DNA of 64,000 bases from an uncultured archaeon (lineage in GTDB: Archaea > Thermoproteota > Bathyarchaeia > Bathyarchaeales > Bathycorpusculaceae): contig CAWALK010000015.1 in the NCBI GenBank assembly GCA_963782915.1, positions 224,001-288,000 of the forward strand, written 5' to 3'. The translations under genes and the position numbers were made by a program. The notes under the pieces are model-generated. The model was not told where the DNA came from. It saw only the letters and a list, made by a program, of their open reading frames with translations, and did not search any database. This document shows, in pieces, positions 52,435 through 61,796 of the stretch. How positions within the stretch are numbered: the stretch's first letter is position 1; every line of letters starts with the position of its first letter.

Positions 52435-53004
52435 ATGAAGCAAACTAAACTCTTTGGCAATGATTACATGCCTGAACCGCAAGTTTTATCGAAACTTGAC
52501 ATAGTAAACGCGCAAGCACTTGCCCTTAGGGTTCAAGGTGCAATTTCGCCGTTATGTGACAGATTTCAGCTTGTCGGCAGCATAAGGCGAAAGAAGGCAT
52601 CGGTTGGTGACATCGATTTTGTAATAATCGCTACTGATGCCAACTGGGGCAAGCTTCTTCAATCACTAAAAATTCCTAAGGCAATCTGTGCAGGTCCAAG
52701 CGTTATAAAGTTCAACTTTCCGTGTGAGGATAAAATGTTCCAAGTGGACTTCTACCGAGCAACTGAGGAGACGTTTGGAATACAGATGCTTATTCGTACT
52801 GGAAGCGCCGACCATAATGTGTTCCTTGCGTCTTATGCTATTTCGAAGGGGTTTAAGCTAAAGTATTCCGAAGGTCTGTTGAAGGATGAGAAAGTAATCG
52901 CTGGGTACACTGAAGACAGTGTTTTTGAAGCATTAGGTTTGCTATGCCCCAAACCAGAAGAAAGGGAAATAGTGAACGGAAAACCCATCTGGCTAACAAC
53001 ATAA
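52435..53004 (+). CDS. Minimal X-family DNA polymerase (palm + thumb only)
   Basis: GSIRRKKASVGDIDF, QVDF, TGSADHN, TEDSVFEALGL...PEERE. Confidence 0.82.
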   Translation: MKQTKLFGNDYMPEPQVLSKLDIVNAQALALRVQGAISPLCDRFQLVGSIRRKKASVGDIDFVIIATDANWGKLLQSLKIPKAICAGPSVIKFNFPCEDKMFQVDFYRATEETFGIQMLIRTGSADHNVFLASYAISKGFKLKYSEGLLKDEKVIAGYTEDSVFEALGLLCPKPEEREIVNGKPIWLTT

Positions 53005-53054
53005 TTCCGTTTGTTCCCTTAACGTTGAAATCTGTTAACGCTGCCAGCGGGGCT

Positions 53055-53585
53055 TTATTCACGCTTATTTTTTTGACCGCTTTCCTCAACAGCCCTTTTA
53101 AGCGCCTCAAGATTAACCGCTTTTTCTGCAGGCTTATTCTTGAAGCTCTGCTCGATCCCTCGTCTCACAATCATGACATATTCAGCGTCCCAGCTAGTGG
53201 TGTTGGGTATTCTTTCATTTTTAGGGATAATAAAAATGCGGGTGGTCCCAAAGATTGATTCCAGCTGGACAGGTCTATAGCTGTTAAATCTAGCTTGTTC
53301 ACTGTTTTTTCGGTTTTCAATATTTGCCCGTCCCATCTCTATATTCATAATTTCCGCATAAGCTTCATCGTCAGCTTCGTAAACGTAAGTGTAGTATACG
53401 TCTTTAGGGTCATTTGTTTGTACAAGATTCAAAACTGCTTCGTTTCGGGCATGGCTTTTCTTATCGAAAGAGGGTTTCCAGCCTTTCCTTTCAATTACGC
53501 CTTTTTCGGTCAGTGTTCCTTTGATTTGTTTTCTTTCATCTTGATTTAGCAAGGAACCATATACTTCAATGAGCATCAAATCCAC
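53055..53585 (-). CDS. Hypothetical protein
   Basis: 176-aa ORF. Confidence 0.55.
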   Translation of the reverse strand: MDLMLIEVYGSLLNQDERKQIKGTLTEKGVIERKGWKPSFDKKSHARNEAVLNLVQTNDPKDVYYTYVYEADDEAYAEIMNIEMGRANIENRKNSEQARFNSYRPVQLESIFGTTRIFIIPKNERIPNTTSWDAEYVMIVRRGIEQSFKNKPAEKAVNLEALKRAVEESGQKNKRE

Positions 53586-53736
53586 TCTTCTCTATACTGT
53601 ATTCAGTTCAACTATAACATATTGTATTCTGTTTTAATTTACCATTAAAATGGTGCCAAATAAGAAAATGCCTGCACCAATTCCAAGGCGAAAAATATTA
53701 AAGTGCTTATCGGTAACTTGGTTTGAGAGGGATGAA

Positions 53737-54582
53737 GTGAGCAAATCAAAAATATTCATCAGTTTACTGGCTATACTTTTAGTTATTTCAATAATTCTGA
53801 ACGGTTTTCTCGCAAACCAAAGCTTCACAGATACAAGCGACCAAACGAAAATGGACATGAGCAGTATACTTAGTGAAGCCCAAGTTAACTTAGACAATGA
53901 AATGCAAAGAATCGGCGATAGCCTAGTCTATGCGTCAGAGCAATTATCGGCCACTGGAATAAGCGGTGATCAGGCTCATGGCATTCTAAGTGCGTTGGTT
54001 GCGAATAGTTCATACATAGTTGGTGCAAGTACCCAAGACCTCGGCATGAAAATGTTAGCTGTGGAACCAGAGGCTCTTAGAAGCTCTGAGGGTAAAACTG
54101 TGAGTTCACATGTTTCAGCGAATACAAACCCAGATGCCCCCATAACTCCAGTCATGTCATCCCTTATTCCGTTGATGTCAATTCGTAATGGCACATCTAT
54201 GGTTGCCCCAGTGTTTGACCAAAACAAAGAATGGATCGGCAAGGTTAGCGTGATACTTGACCCCAGCATCATACTGAACGGTACAACCGCTCAACTTTTA
54301 GAAGGCAAATCATACGAGTTTATAGCAATGCAAACTGACGGACAAACCCTATGGGACAGTAACCCAGCAAAGCAACCGACAAACCTATTCACTAATCCAG
54401 CTTTCGCCAACCAAACAGAACTCTTAGCATTAACTCACCACATTGCCGACGAATACTCAGGGTACGGAACATACAATTCAGACACGACAAACCAAAGCAA
54501 ACCGCATGAGGTCTACTGGACAACTATTACTGTATATGGAGTCGAGTGGCGATTGGCATTAATACACAACCTTTATTCCTAA
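53737..54582 (+). CDS. Membrane-anchored extracellular Cache-like sensor domain protein
   Basis: N-terminal TM, APVFDQ..WIG.VSV, MQTDGQTLWD, GYGTY...YWTT...EWRL. Confidence 0.65.
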   Translation: MSKSKIFISLLAILLVISIILNGFLANQSFTDTSDQTKMDMSSILSEAQVNLDNEMQRIGDSLVYASEQLSATGISGDQAHGILSALVANSSYIVGASTQDLGMKMLAVEPEALRSSEGKTVSSHVSANTNPDAPITPVMSSLIPLMSIRNGTSMVAPVFDQNKEWIGKVSVILDPSIILNGTTAQLLEGKSYEFIAMQTDGQTLWDSNPAKQPTNLFTNPAFANQTELLALTHHIADEYSGYGTYNSDTTNQSKPHEVYWTTITVYGVEWRLALIHNLYS

Positions 54583-54690
54583 TTTTTAGCTCTAAATTAT
54601 CCCTGAAAGGCGGAAATAGAATGGCTGCTGAGCATAAGGGCAATCAAGAAAGAAACAGTCATTCCAGAATAGCGATGACAAAAAAGCGCA

Positions 54691-54858
54691 TTAATTCTTT
54701 GGGGAGCATTCTTTTTCTTCCCACACCCTGAATTTCTCACAATTCTCGCATCGCAACGGGTCTTTCGGTTGCTCTTCCCCTGCATTATCGCATCCAAAAC
54801 AGGGAGAAGCAACGTTATCACAAACTTTGGGTGTAACGGGTAATTGAGGACCATCCAT
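54691..54858 (-). CDS. 55-aa Cys-rich micro-protein (not in ORF track)
   Basis: MDGPQLPVTPKVCDNVASPCFGCDNAGEEQPKDPLRCENCEKFRVWEEKECSPKN*. Confidence 0.5.
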   Translation of the reverse strand: MDGPQLPVTPKVCDNVASPCFGCDNAGEEQPKDPLRCENCEKFRVWEEKECSPKN

Positions 54859-55046
54859 GTCAATAACTTCCTATCAAATACTAAAAACAAAACCCAGTTA
54901 TAAGTTTCTTGACATGGAAAACAACAATATTTCAGCTTTCTTTTCTTAAAAGCTACCCCATTGAGATAGGGGAAGAAATCGAACCGTTCAACATGCCGCC
55001 ACAAGCACAACACGCTAAATCCAACATTGAGCCATGTTAGCGCGCC

Positions 55047-56308
55047 GCTTTGTCCCTAAATTGAAAAGCTTATAACTAGAAAAGGGGTCTCATGTCAAAT
55101 TAGAGACGTCCACGCTTAGGAGGTGAGTCCTAGCGAGACAAGATGAGCATGAAACCCTTGAAACCCTATTTAGAAACGTAGACTTAAGGTTTGCTAACAA
55201 TCAAATAGAGCGATGCTACCACCAAAGCGGTCCAGGCAGACCACCCAGAAATCCCATAGGCATCTTTAGAGCGTTTTTGATCATGCGAATGAAAGGTGTA
55301 CGCAGCTTAAGAGAAATGACCCGCATACTCGACACTGACAAAAGAATGAGAAAGATCTGTTTAATCAAAGAAAATCAAAAAGGCTACACACGAAGCGTAA
55401 TGAGCCGGTTTTCCAAACGAGTAGGCCAAGACAACCTCAACAAAATAATCGATCAAAAAGTAATCGATCTACTCAAATCTCAGCAAACCACTGAAGTCGA
55501 TGTGGTTTTGGATGCCTCTTTCATTAAAGCCTGGAGCATACGTCATCCATCCGATAATCAGATTGGTTTTTCCGATATTGAGGCTAGAGTTGGCAGAGCT
55601 GGTCGATCATTTGCATTGGGCTATAAAATGCATCTATCAATTGATCACAAAACTATGCTTCCTCTTTCAAACGTTTTTGCCTCGGCAAACCAAAACGAAA
55701 AGAAACATTCACTAACTCTACTTGAAAAAGCCAAGGGACTTCTCAAAGTCTGCGAAGCAAAGGTTAGAAGTGTAGTGGCTGATAGTCAATACAGTGATGC
55801 TAAGCTTAGGTGTGCGGTGGAGATGGCGACTATTCCATACCCGGCAAATCAAATGAAGGGTGTAGAGGGTGTTTTGAGGGTTGATAAGAAGTTTAGGACT
55901 TATGGGTCTTTGGAGCAAAAGATGGAATATCATAAGAGGCCTCCTGTTGAAGCAGTCAACAGTTTCCTTAAGACACAGTTTAGTATGGCAAACAATAAAG
56001 TCAGAGGCTTAGCTCAGGTGACGTTTTATGCATTGTGCAGTATTTTATGCCTTGTACTTAACAGGGAGGCGGCTCAAAGAATTGGTCGGTATGACAAAGC
56101 AGTGTCCCCTACTTACTTCAACACGTAATTAACGACACAAACTACGAATAACACCAGCGAAACTCCAGATTACAGAGTCATTGTTCGGTTGATGTTTACT
56201 AATTGTTTTTTTGAGGCCAAAACAGCCGCTAAAGGAACTTATGATTTTGGATAAAAATGACCTTTCTAAGGGGTATTTCCTTTTTTAAGGGTATTTTCGG
56301 GACAAGCC
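55047..56308 (+). mobile_element. IS5/IS1182-like insertion sequence
   Basis: Terminal IRs GCTTTGTCCCTAAA / TTTTCGGGACAAGCC; AGCGCGC direct repeat at 55039-55045 and 56309-56315; DDE transposase inside. Confidence 0.8.
55143..56128 (+). CDS. DDE transposase (DUF772-like N-terminus + DDE_Tnp_1-like), 5' frameshift
   Basis: GPGRPP...SLRE, VLDAS, GYKMHL, VADSQY, Y.KR..VE..NS.LK. Confidence 0.85.
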
Positions 56309-56318
56309 AGCGCGCTAT

Positions 56319-56438
56319 GGCGTGTGGAGGAAAATGCTTATCCCACACCGAAACAGGCGCAGGGACACAATGCAACAGCAAAATACAACGCAATCCCCAA
56401 ACAGTCTTGTGGAAAATTAAAACTCGCCACACCCACAT
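56319..56438 (+). repeat. ~120-bp repeat, copy A (inverted relative to 59238-59358)
   Basis: About 6 substitutions and 1 indel versus the reverse complement of copy B (manual alignment). Confidence 0.9.
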
Positions 56439-56466
56439 AAAGAACGAAAACAAAAAAGAAAAGAGG

Positions 56467-57255
56467 CTAGTTTAGGTCGTTATTCTCTATTTTTCTTGCC
56501 ATCTCAGCCACAATCTTGGTAAACGGATGGTCCGGTTTGTCCTGAACAAAAATCAAGTTACCTTCCGCTCTTAGAACCTCGCAGAAACACGGCACAACAC
56601 CCAACAGAGGCACTTGATAGTCAGCTTTTATCTTAGCCTGCATCTCAGTTTTCCGAGATGCTGCGGAGGGGTCAAGGACCTTGTTTAATACTAGTCCGGT
56701 TTTCTTTTCGAATAGATTGTAGAGTTCAGCAAGCATGCGTTTGGTTCCGTCTACGTCTGAGCGATCCCCCGTAGTTGCTACAACCACAAAGTCCGCTGCC
56801 ACAATGGCGTTGATAGATGAGTACTGTAATCCTGGGCTTGTGTCAAAGATTAAGTAATCGAACTTTTGGTCCCTAAGCAAGCTTTCTCTAAGAGCCAGTA
56901 ACCTGCCAAGTGCACGCATTTCCCATTTACGGTCTTTGGAGGAGATGTCTCGGATAGCTTCTGTTGAGGGATTAGCTAGGCAAGAGTAGAATTTGCCGGC
57001 TCCTGGGATTCTGCTGCTCATGTCTATGAGTGCTGTGTTGATTTCGATGGTGCTGTTTAGGTAATCGTTAAACCAGTACTCGACGTTTTGAGCTTTAAGA
57101 ATGGCAAACAAGCTTGGCGCTCGAAAGTCTAAGTCGAAGACGCATACTTTTTTGCCGTTCTTTGCAAAAGTCGCTGCTAAGTTTACGGAAATTGATGTTT
57201 TTCCTGTTCCGCCCTTGTAGGAGTGTACTGCGATGATTTTTGTCATAGCCCTCAA
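56467..57255 (-). CDS. MinD/ParA-family ATPase
   Basis: KGGTGKT, DLDFRAP, FDTSPG. Confidence 0.88.
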   Translation of the reverse strand: MRAMTKIIAVHSYKGGTGKTSISVNLAATFAKNGKKVCVFDLDFRAPSLFAILKAQNVEYWFNDYLNSTIEINTALIDMSSRIPGAGKFYSCLANPSTEAIRDISSKDRKWEMRALGRLLALRESLLRDQKFDYLIFDTSPGLQYSSINAIVAADFVVVATTGDRSDVDGTKRMLAELYNLFEKKTGLVLNKVLDPSAASRKTEMQAKIKADYQVPLLGVVPCFCEVLRAEGNLIFVQDKPDHPFTKIVAEMARKIENNDLN

Positions 57256-57638
57256 CTCTGTGATTCTCTGTCAACGTAAAAGTATGCTTTTCGGCCTTTA
57301 CGTTCCTTCTTAAGATACCCCATTATGACCAACTGGTTAAGATATGCGCTTTCTACTGCTCTGGCGCGTTGTGTTTGTTCAGAGATTTCCTCAGCGGTTG
57401 CTCTTCCACATCTGCAAATCGTCATAGCTGTCTTGCGCAAATGGTCAGGCATAGACAAAAGAGTCATGACATCCAAAGACGCATCAGGCAATGCAGGCAC
57501 AATCCTTTGATTGTTTACACCGGAATTCTTCTGTATCTCGATCATAACTTCCATTTTTTCGTTAAGCTTCTCGAGGCTCTCCTCTATCTTCTCCAGAATA
57601 TTCAAGGGCTTTTTATTGGAAATTTCGTTTCTAATCAA
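57252..57638 (-). CDS. Coiled-coil + HTH transcriptional regulator
   Basis: ATAEEIS..T.RARAVESAYLNQLV.MGYL.KERKGR. Confidence 0.75.
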   Translation of the reverse strand: MIRNEISNKKPLNILEKIEESLEKLNEKMEVMIEIQKNSGVNNQRIVPALPDASLDVMTLLSMPDHLRKTAMTICRCGRATAEEISEQTQRARAVESAYLNQLVIMGYLKKERKGRKAYFYVDRESQS

Positions 57639-57826
57639 ACAATATCCCCGAGTTGTATTTCATGTGTACAGTTGTTGTATACCTAACCACTATACAGTTT
57701 ATTAAGTCTTGCGATACTTCAATATGTATTAGAAATGCGCCAAAACGTTAGCTATTAAGAATTGAAACAACTAAAATGATTGGAATCTATTGAAATATTA
57801 AAGATTATGGGATAATAAAATTGGGT

Positions 57827-58120
57827 TTAGTAGGGAACCGGTACTTGACTACGGGCTTCCTCTACAATGGGTAGAACTTGTTTAAGTTCCTTAAAGTACT
57901 TCAAGACCGTGATGCCGCGAGGCGTGACAGCGAAAACTACGCGTCGTTTACCTATTGTGCGTTCTTCGACTAATCCTTGTTTCATGAGGAAGTCTAGGTA
58001 TTCCTTGAGGACGCTGCAGTTAACGTTAGCCTTGTACATTACGTGGGTTAGCTTAAGGGGGCCACGATGAGCTAGCACTGTTAAGATGTCAACATACATT
58101 TCGAGTTTTGATCGACGCAC
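57827..58120 (-). CDS. Archaeal winged-helix regulator (HTH_45/DUF4364-like)
   Basis: RRSKLEMYVDIL...THVMYKANVN...YLDFL...T.RG. Confidence 0.82.
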   Translation of the reverse strand: MRRSKLEMYVDILTVLAHRGPLKLTHVMYKANVNCSVLKEYLDFLMKQGLVEERTIGKRRVVFAVTPRGITVLKYFKELKQVLPIVEEARSQVPVPY

Positions 58121-58210
58121 TTAATACTCCTCTTAGTTTTGTAAAGATTCTCCGTTTTGATATAAATCACTTATGTATTACTGATCAGTATTAATGTCCA
58201 TGGTTAGCGC

Positions 58211-58396
58211 TTAGAGGGCTGTTTTATCGTTGGCGTTGTTTAACACATTTAGTCTATTTTCGAATGCAGTGACCATGTCATCTAGGAATATTGCACGCAA
58301 TTCTGTTGGCAATCCATCGATTTCTGTATCGAAAACATTGGCTAATTTAGCCTCTAATTCTTTTCTACTTTTATCCGCAAATTGTTTCATATACAC
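58211..58396 (-). CDS. Small hypothetical protein
   Basis: 61 aa helical ORF in a co-oriented cluster. Confidence 0.55.
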   Translation of the reverse strand: MYMKQFADKSRKELEAKLANVFDTEIDGLPTELRAIFLDDMVTAFENRLNVLNNANDKTAL

Positions 58397-58863
58397 ACAT
58401 CCTGCAATTTTCTAAGTATACCCCAAATGGGTGGAAGCCATATAACTGACTTATGAAAGCAACCTCTGAATCAAAAATTAATAACAAAAAACTGAACCGC
58501 ACCTTAGAACCGCTGATACTTATCACTGATTCGGAAATATACTTGCCTTATCTACTCTATAATGACTCAAGTAATAGATAACGTAATGTACGTGCGCAGA
58601 TTCTCCGTACACTTTAGTCTAAATAAAATTTAAGATAGTTAGTTAACATGATTTATGGGAGATTTCACTGTTAGTATTAGCTGTCGGTTCCCTACACACA
58701 AATGAGGATAAAGCGGAGTATTTGATAAGTTAGTGGCTGGTTGATGCATGAGTTGCTGTTGTTTTACAATCACAAATTAATTTAAACTTCGCTGACTCTG
58801 CACAATAAGGAAAAACAGCCATTTTGATTTGATGTGACCTTTTTCTAGGCGGCCCATTTTTTA

Positions 58864-59166
58864 ATGTTCTATCAATTTAAGGAGAAATCATGGAGCGTTC
58901 TGCTCGTAAAGGGATATGTGTTGAACGATCAAGTTCGTGCAATACGTTGCGAAAACTGCAAATCGACAAGTGAGGTTCTAACTGCAAACCACAATAACCC
59001 TAACTTGCTGCTATATGGCTGCAAAGACACCAAATGCAAACACAGGATGCTACGTTTAGATTTTGACAGAGGAGTATCAAGAAAGTTACTAATCGATAAT
59101 ATCCCAACATCCCTCCATTCAAAAGATGCCTGTAGCGAATCGTTTGCTCCTATGCTTTCTGCATGA
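58864..59166 (+). CDS. Small Zn-binding protein
   Basis: CENC...CKDTKCKH. Confidence 0.5.
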   Translation: MFYQFKEKSWSVLLVKGYVLNDQVRAIRCENCKSTSEVLTANHNNPNLLLYGCKDTKCKHRMLRLDFDRGVSRKLLIDNIPTSLHSKDACSESFAPMLSA

Positions 59167-59237
59167 AAACCTTTCATCAGCTTTTCTTTAAGCGTATAAC
59201 TGGTTAAATCCCTATTTGTGACTGCATTTTTCTCTTC

Positions 59238-59358
59238 ATGTGGGGTGTGGCGAGTTTTAATTTTCCACAAGACTGTTTGGGGATTGCGTTGTATTTTGCT
59301 GTTGCATTGCTTCTCTGCGCCTGTTTCGGTGTGGGATAGGCGTTTTTCTCCACACGCC
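59238..59358 (-). repeat. ~120-bp repeat, copy B
   Basis: Reverse complement of 56319-56438. Confidence 0.9.
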
Positions 59359-59565
59359 CTGCATGCTTCTATGTTGAAACCGCCGAGGTGTGGAAGTGAA
59401 GGCATGTTAAGCTTGCTTTTAGTTTTTACGTTAGAAATAATCTCGTGCTCGCAAAGCTAAAAACGAGCTATATACCGTTTTTTAAATCGGCCGAAAAATG
59501 GCTATAGTTAGACGCCACCAGAGTTGAAATATAGAGCGTCAAACTCGCTCCCGCCCGCCACCAAC

Positions 59566-59988
59566 TCATAGAAGCTCTATAGGGTAGCCTTTTGGCTGGA
59601 GTTTTTTGTACTGAGTCTGCTCATCCGCGGTAATGCAAACGGTTTTTTTGTATTCCGCGATGGCAACGGGCAGGGCGTCGTAGAACGTTATTTTTCCGTC
59701 GTAGGCTATTTCGCCAGTTCTTGCTGTGAGGGCTTCAGTCAGATGGGTAACGCCCATATGGAGGTTGAATAGTTGCGCTAACGCGTTTTTCCATTTCTGG
59801 GCATCGTAATCGGGTTTATATCGCAGGGCGTTGCCGACTTCGCAGAATAAGATTTCAGAGACCGTTAACTCAACTGACCCTTGAGTGTACGCATCTAGGA
59901 GTTTAAGAGCTTCATCTGATTTTGTCTCTATGCTAAACCATTTGACCACTATGGAGGCGTCCAGTATTATTTGGCGGCATCTCGCCAT
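59566..59988 (-). CDS. vapC: PIN-domain toxin VapC
   Basis: ILDASIVVKW, EVGNAL, ITFYDA, ITAD. Confidence 0.88.
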   Translation of the reverse strand: MARCRQIILDASIVVKWFSIETKSDEALKLLDAYTQGSVELTVSEILFCEVGNALRYKPDYDAQKWKNALAQLFNLHMGVTHLTEALTARTGEIAYDGKITFYDALPVAIAEYKKTVCITADEQTQYKKLQPKGYPIELL

Positions 59989-60188
59989 TTTCGTATTTCT
60001 CCCGCACCGTTCCATTCTGCGTTGTTTTCCATTCGAAGGTTTTTGATTGCCTCTGCTGCGCATTGAATTTCTTCTTTTCGTGCGGCGTCTTCGAAGGCTT
60101 TTCTTGCCACTTCGCTCCAGTTGACGCTTTTGCAGTGCTTCATGCGGTCTTTTAGCTCTTCTGGAACTCTTACTGTCACGTTACTCAT
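59967..60188 (-). CDS. vapB: RHH antitoxin (VapB-like)
   Basis: VTVRVPEELKDRM...VNWSEVARKA...EIRKWRD; overlaps vapC. Confidence 0.82.
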   Translation of the reverse strand: MSNVTVRVPEELKDRMKHCKSVNWSEVARKAFEDAARKEEIQCAAEAIKNLRMENNAEWNGAGEIRKWRDAAK

Positions 60189-60628
60189 ACACATTACCTT
60201 TTGCACATGTTAGGTGCACATATTATTTGTAAGTACCGAGTTAAAAGGTTTCCATTTCAAAAATAGAATTACGAGCTTCGCCAAATAACCGCGTCTTGAT
60301 AGGGGATAGGGTTCAATCCTTCCCGTCCGCCACGTTCCACATTCGATTTTTTGATAGTAACGGTCGAAATGACAGTTTACTCTGAAATGTGATTAGAAAG
60401 GTTACTGTATAATTTGAATTATCTCAGGGTACCCCTGATAGGAAGGGTTTAGGTCCCATGTTAGCCGCATAAACCGCCAACGCAATACTAAAAAAGACAT
60501 CATCATGAGCGTAATAAGGCTTTAAGGAATTTCATAAAATAAACGCTCATTAAAAATACCATTTTTAATCGCTTGTTTACAGAAACCTTAAACTTTCGTT
60601 TATCCTAGAATTACCTCTGGAATTCGAT

Positions 60629-61296
60629 ATGGAAAGATCAGCTATTATTCTTGCAGGTGGAATGTCAAAAGAATTTGACGGCGACAAAGCGGTCTTAGAA
60701 TTAGAAGGTAAGCCCCTATTGAGCTATGTTGTTGAGTCAGTAAAGGGCATCGCTGAAGAAGTCATAGTTGTTACTGATTCCCAAGGATATTGCTGATGCA
60801 TATGCGAAGGTTGTGCCGTCAGCAAAGTTTGTCGTTAACCAGGACCCATCGGGCGATTTATTAGTCTGAGGTTATTGCGGGTTTTGAGGCTGCTCAAGGT
60901 GAATACTCGCTTATTCTGCCGTCAGGTAGCCCTTTTGTTTCGCATGAACTCGTGACTTTGCTTTTTGAATGCTGTATTGGCAAAGCGGCTGTTGTTCCAC
61001 GGTGGACTAATCAGGAGATTGAGCCTTTGCATGCTGTTTACGATACAAAGATGGCGTTGGAGGCAGCTAAAGCGTTGTTGGCAGAGGGCGGATCGGATAT
61101 GGTTGAGTTGGTTGAGAGGCTCAGGGGCGTTCGTTACCTGTCGACTATGGTGATTGAGCAGTTGGATCCCGAGTTTAGGTCGTTTTTTACGGTGACGTCT
61201 CCTGTGGCTCTTAAGAAGGCTTTAGTTATGTCTAAGATGTCGAAATCTAAGCCTAAGTCGAAGTCGAAGGGGCATAAAACTAAATATCCAATATAA
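60629..61296 (+). CDS. mobA: Molybdenum cofactor guanylyltransferase-like protein (frameshifted)
   Basis: Manual reading MERSAIILAGGMSKEFDGDKAVLELEGKPLL; IEPLHAVY; DPEFRSFF. Confidence 0.75.
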
Positions 61297-61448
61297 CCCC
61301 ATATTTCTTGGGTAAAGACCCTCTAGGTTTATGCATAGATTAACTATTTTGAGCCTTTTATTAGCGGTTAGTCGGTTGTTGCTGTATCGAAGCTACAACA
61401 TCGCTTAATATGGCACCTAAGCCATAGGTGACTCGCAAGGCACCAGAT

Positions 61449-61616
61449 ATGCTAAAACAAGTTTTCCGATGTCCAATCTGCAGAAAAAGCATAACCAACC
61501 CCGAACAATTAAGGCTCCACCGAATAAGCAGACACAGAGGAACAGTCTGTGGCGACAACTGGTTAGCGCCCCGAAAAGTTGTAGTTGTAACCGTGCAGCC
61601 ACATGATTATTTATGA
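61449..61616 (+). CDS. C2H2 zinc-finger micro-protein
   Basis: FRCPICRKSITNPEQLRLHRISRH: Cx2C-x12-Hx4H; similar to 37037-37156. Confidence 0.72.
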   Translation: MLKQVFRCPICRKSITNPEQLRLHRISRHRGTVCGDNWLAPRKVVVVTVQPHDYL

Positions 61617-61683
61617 TTCAACAGGACCTATGTTGTAATCGCGTAGGATGTGATAATATCCAAAAGCGTCAGGCGAACCAACA

Positions 61684-61761
61684 GTTAGTTGAGGCACAAG
61701 CAAAGAAGTGTTTTCCCTCTCCCTCTCTCTTCCGTATACTTTCGTTTGTGCCCCAGCTAAC
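61684..61761 (+). ncRNA. Putative structured leader RNA of TFS gene, CU-loop hairpin family copy H6
   Basis: GUUAGUUGAGGCACAAGC/GUUUGUGCCCCAGCUAAC; AAGUGU/AUACUU; loop CCCUCUCCCUCUCUCUUCCG. Confidence 0.62.
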
Positions 61762-61796
61762 CGAATGGCAAGCCAACGAACAGTTTTGTTTAGGAG

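Noticed and set aside
54597-55013. 138-aa ORF left of the IS
   Set aside because: Implausible composition; a 55-aa Cys-rich ORF in another frame (54691-54858) fits better.
56229-59460. ORFs 56257-56475, 56229-56453, 58929-59405 and 59218-59460 as paralogous proteins
   Set aside because: Their similarity comes from the DNA inverted repeat. Both strands are open, and one copy is interrupted by a stop and the IS.
34871-61761. Hairpins as integron attC sites (GTTAGGC...GCTTAAC cores, small genes nearby, an integrase next to H5)
   Set aside because: attC runs RYYYAAC...GTTRRRY, whereas these run GTT...AAC. The loops are conserved rather than variable, the hairpins do not follow each gene in one orientation, and the integrase shows no evident IntI-specific insertion.
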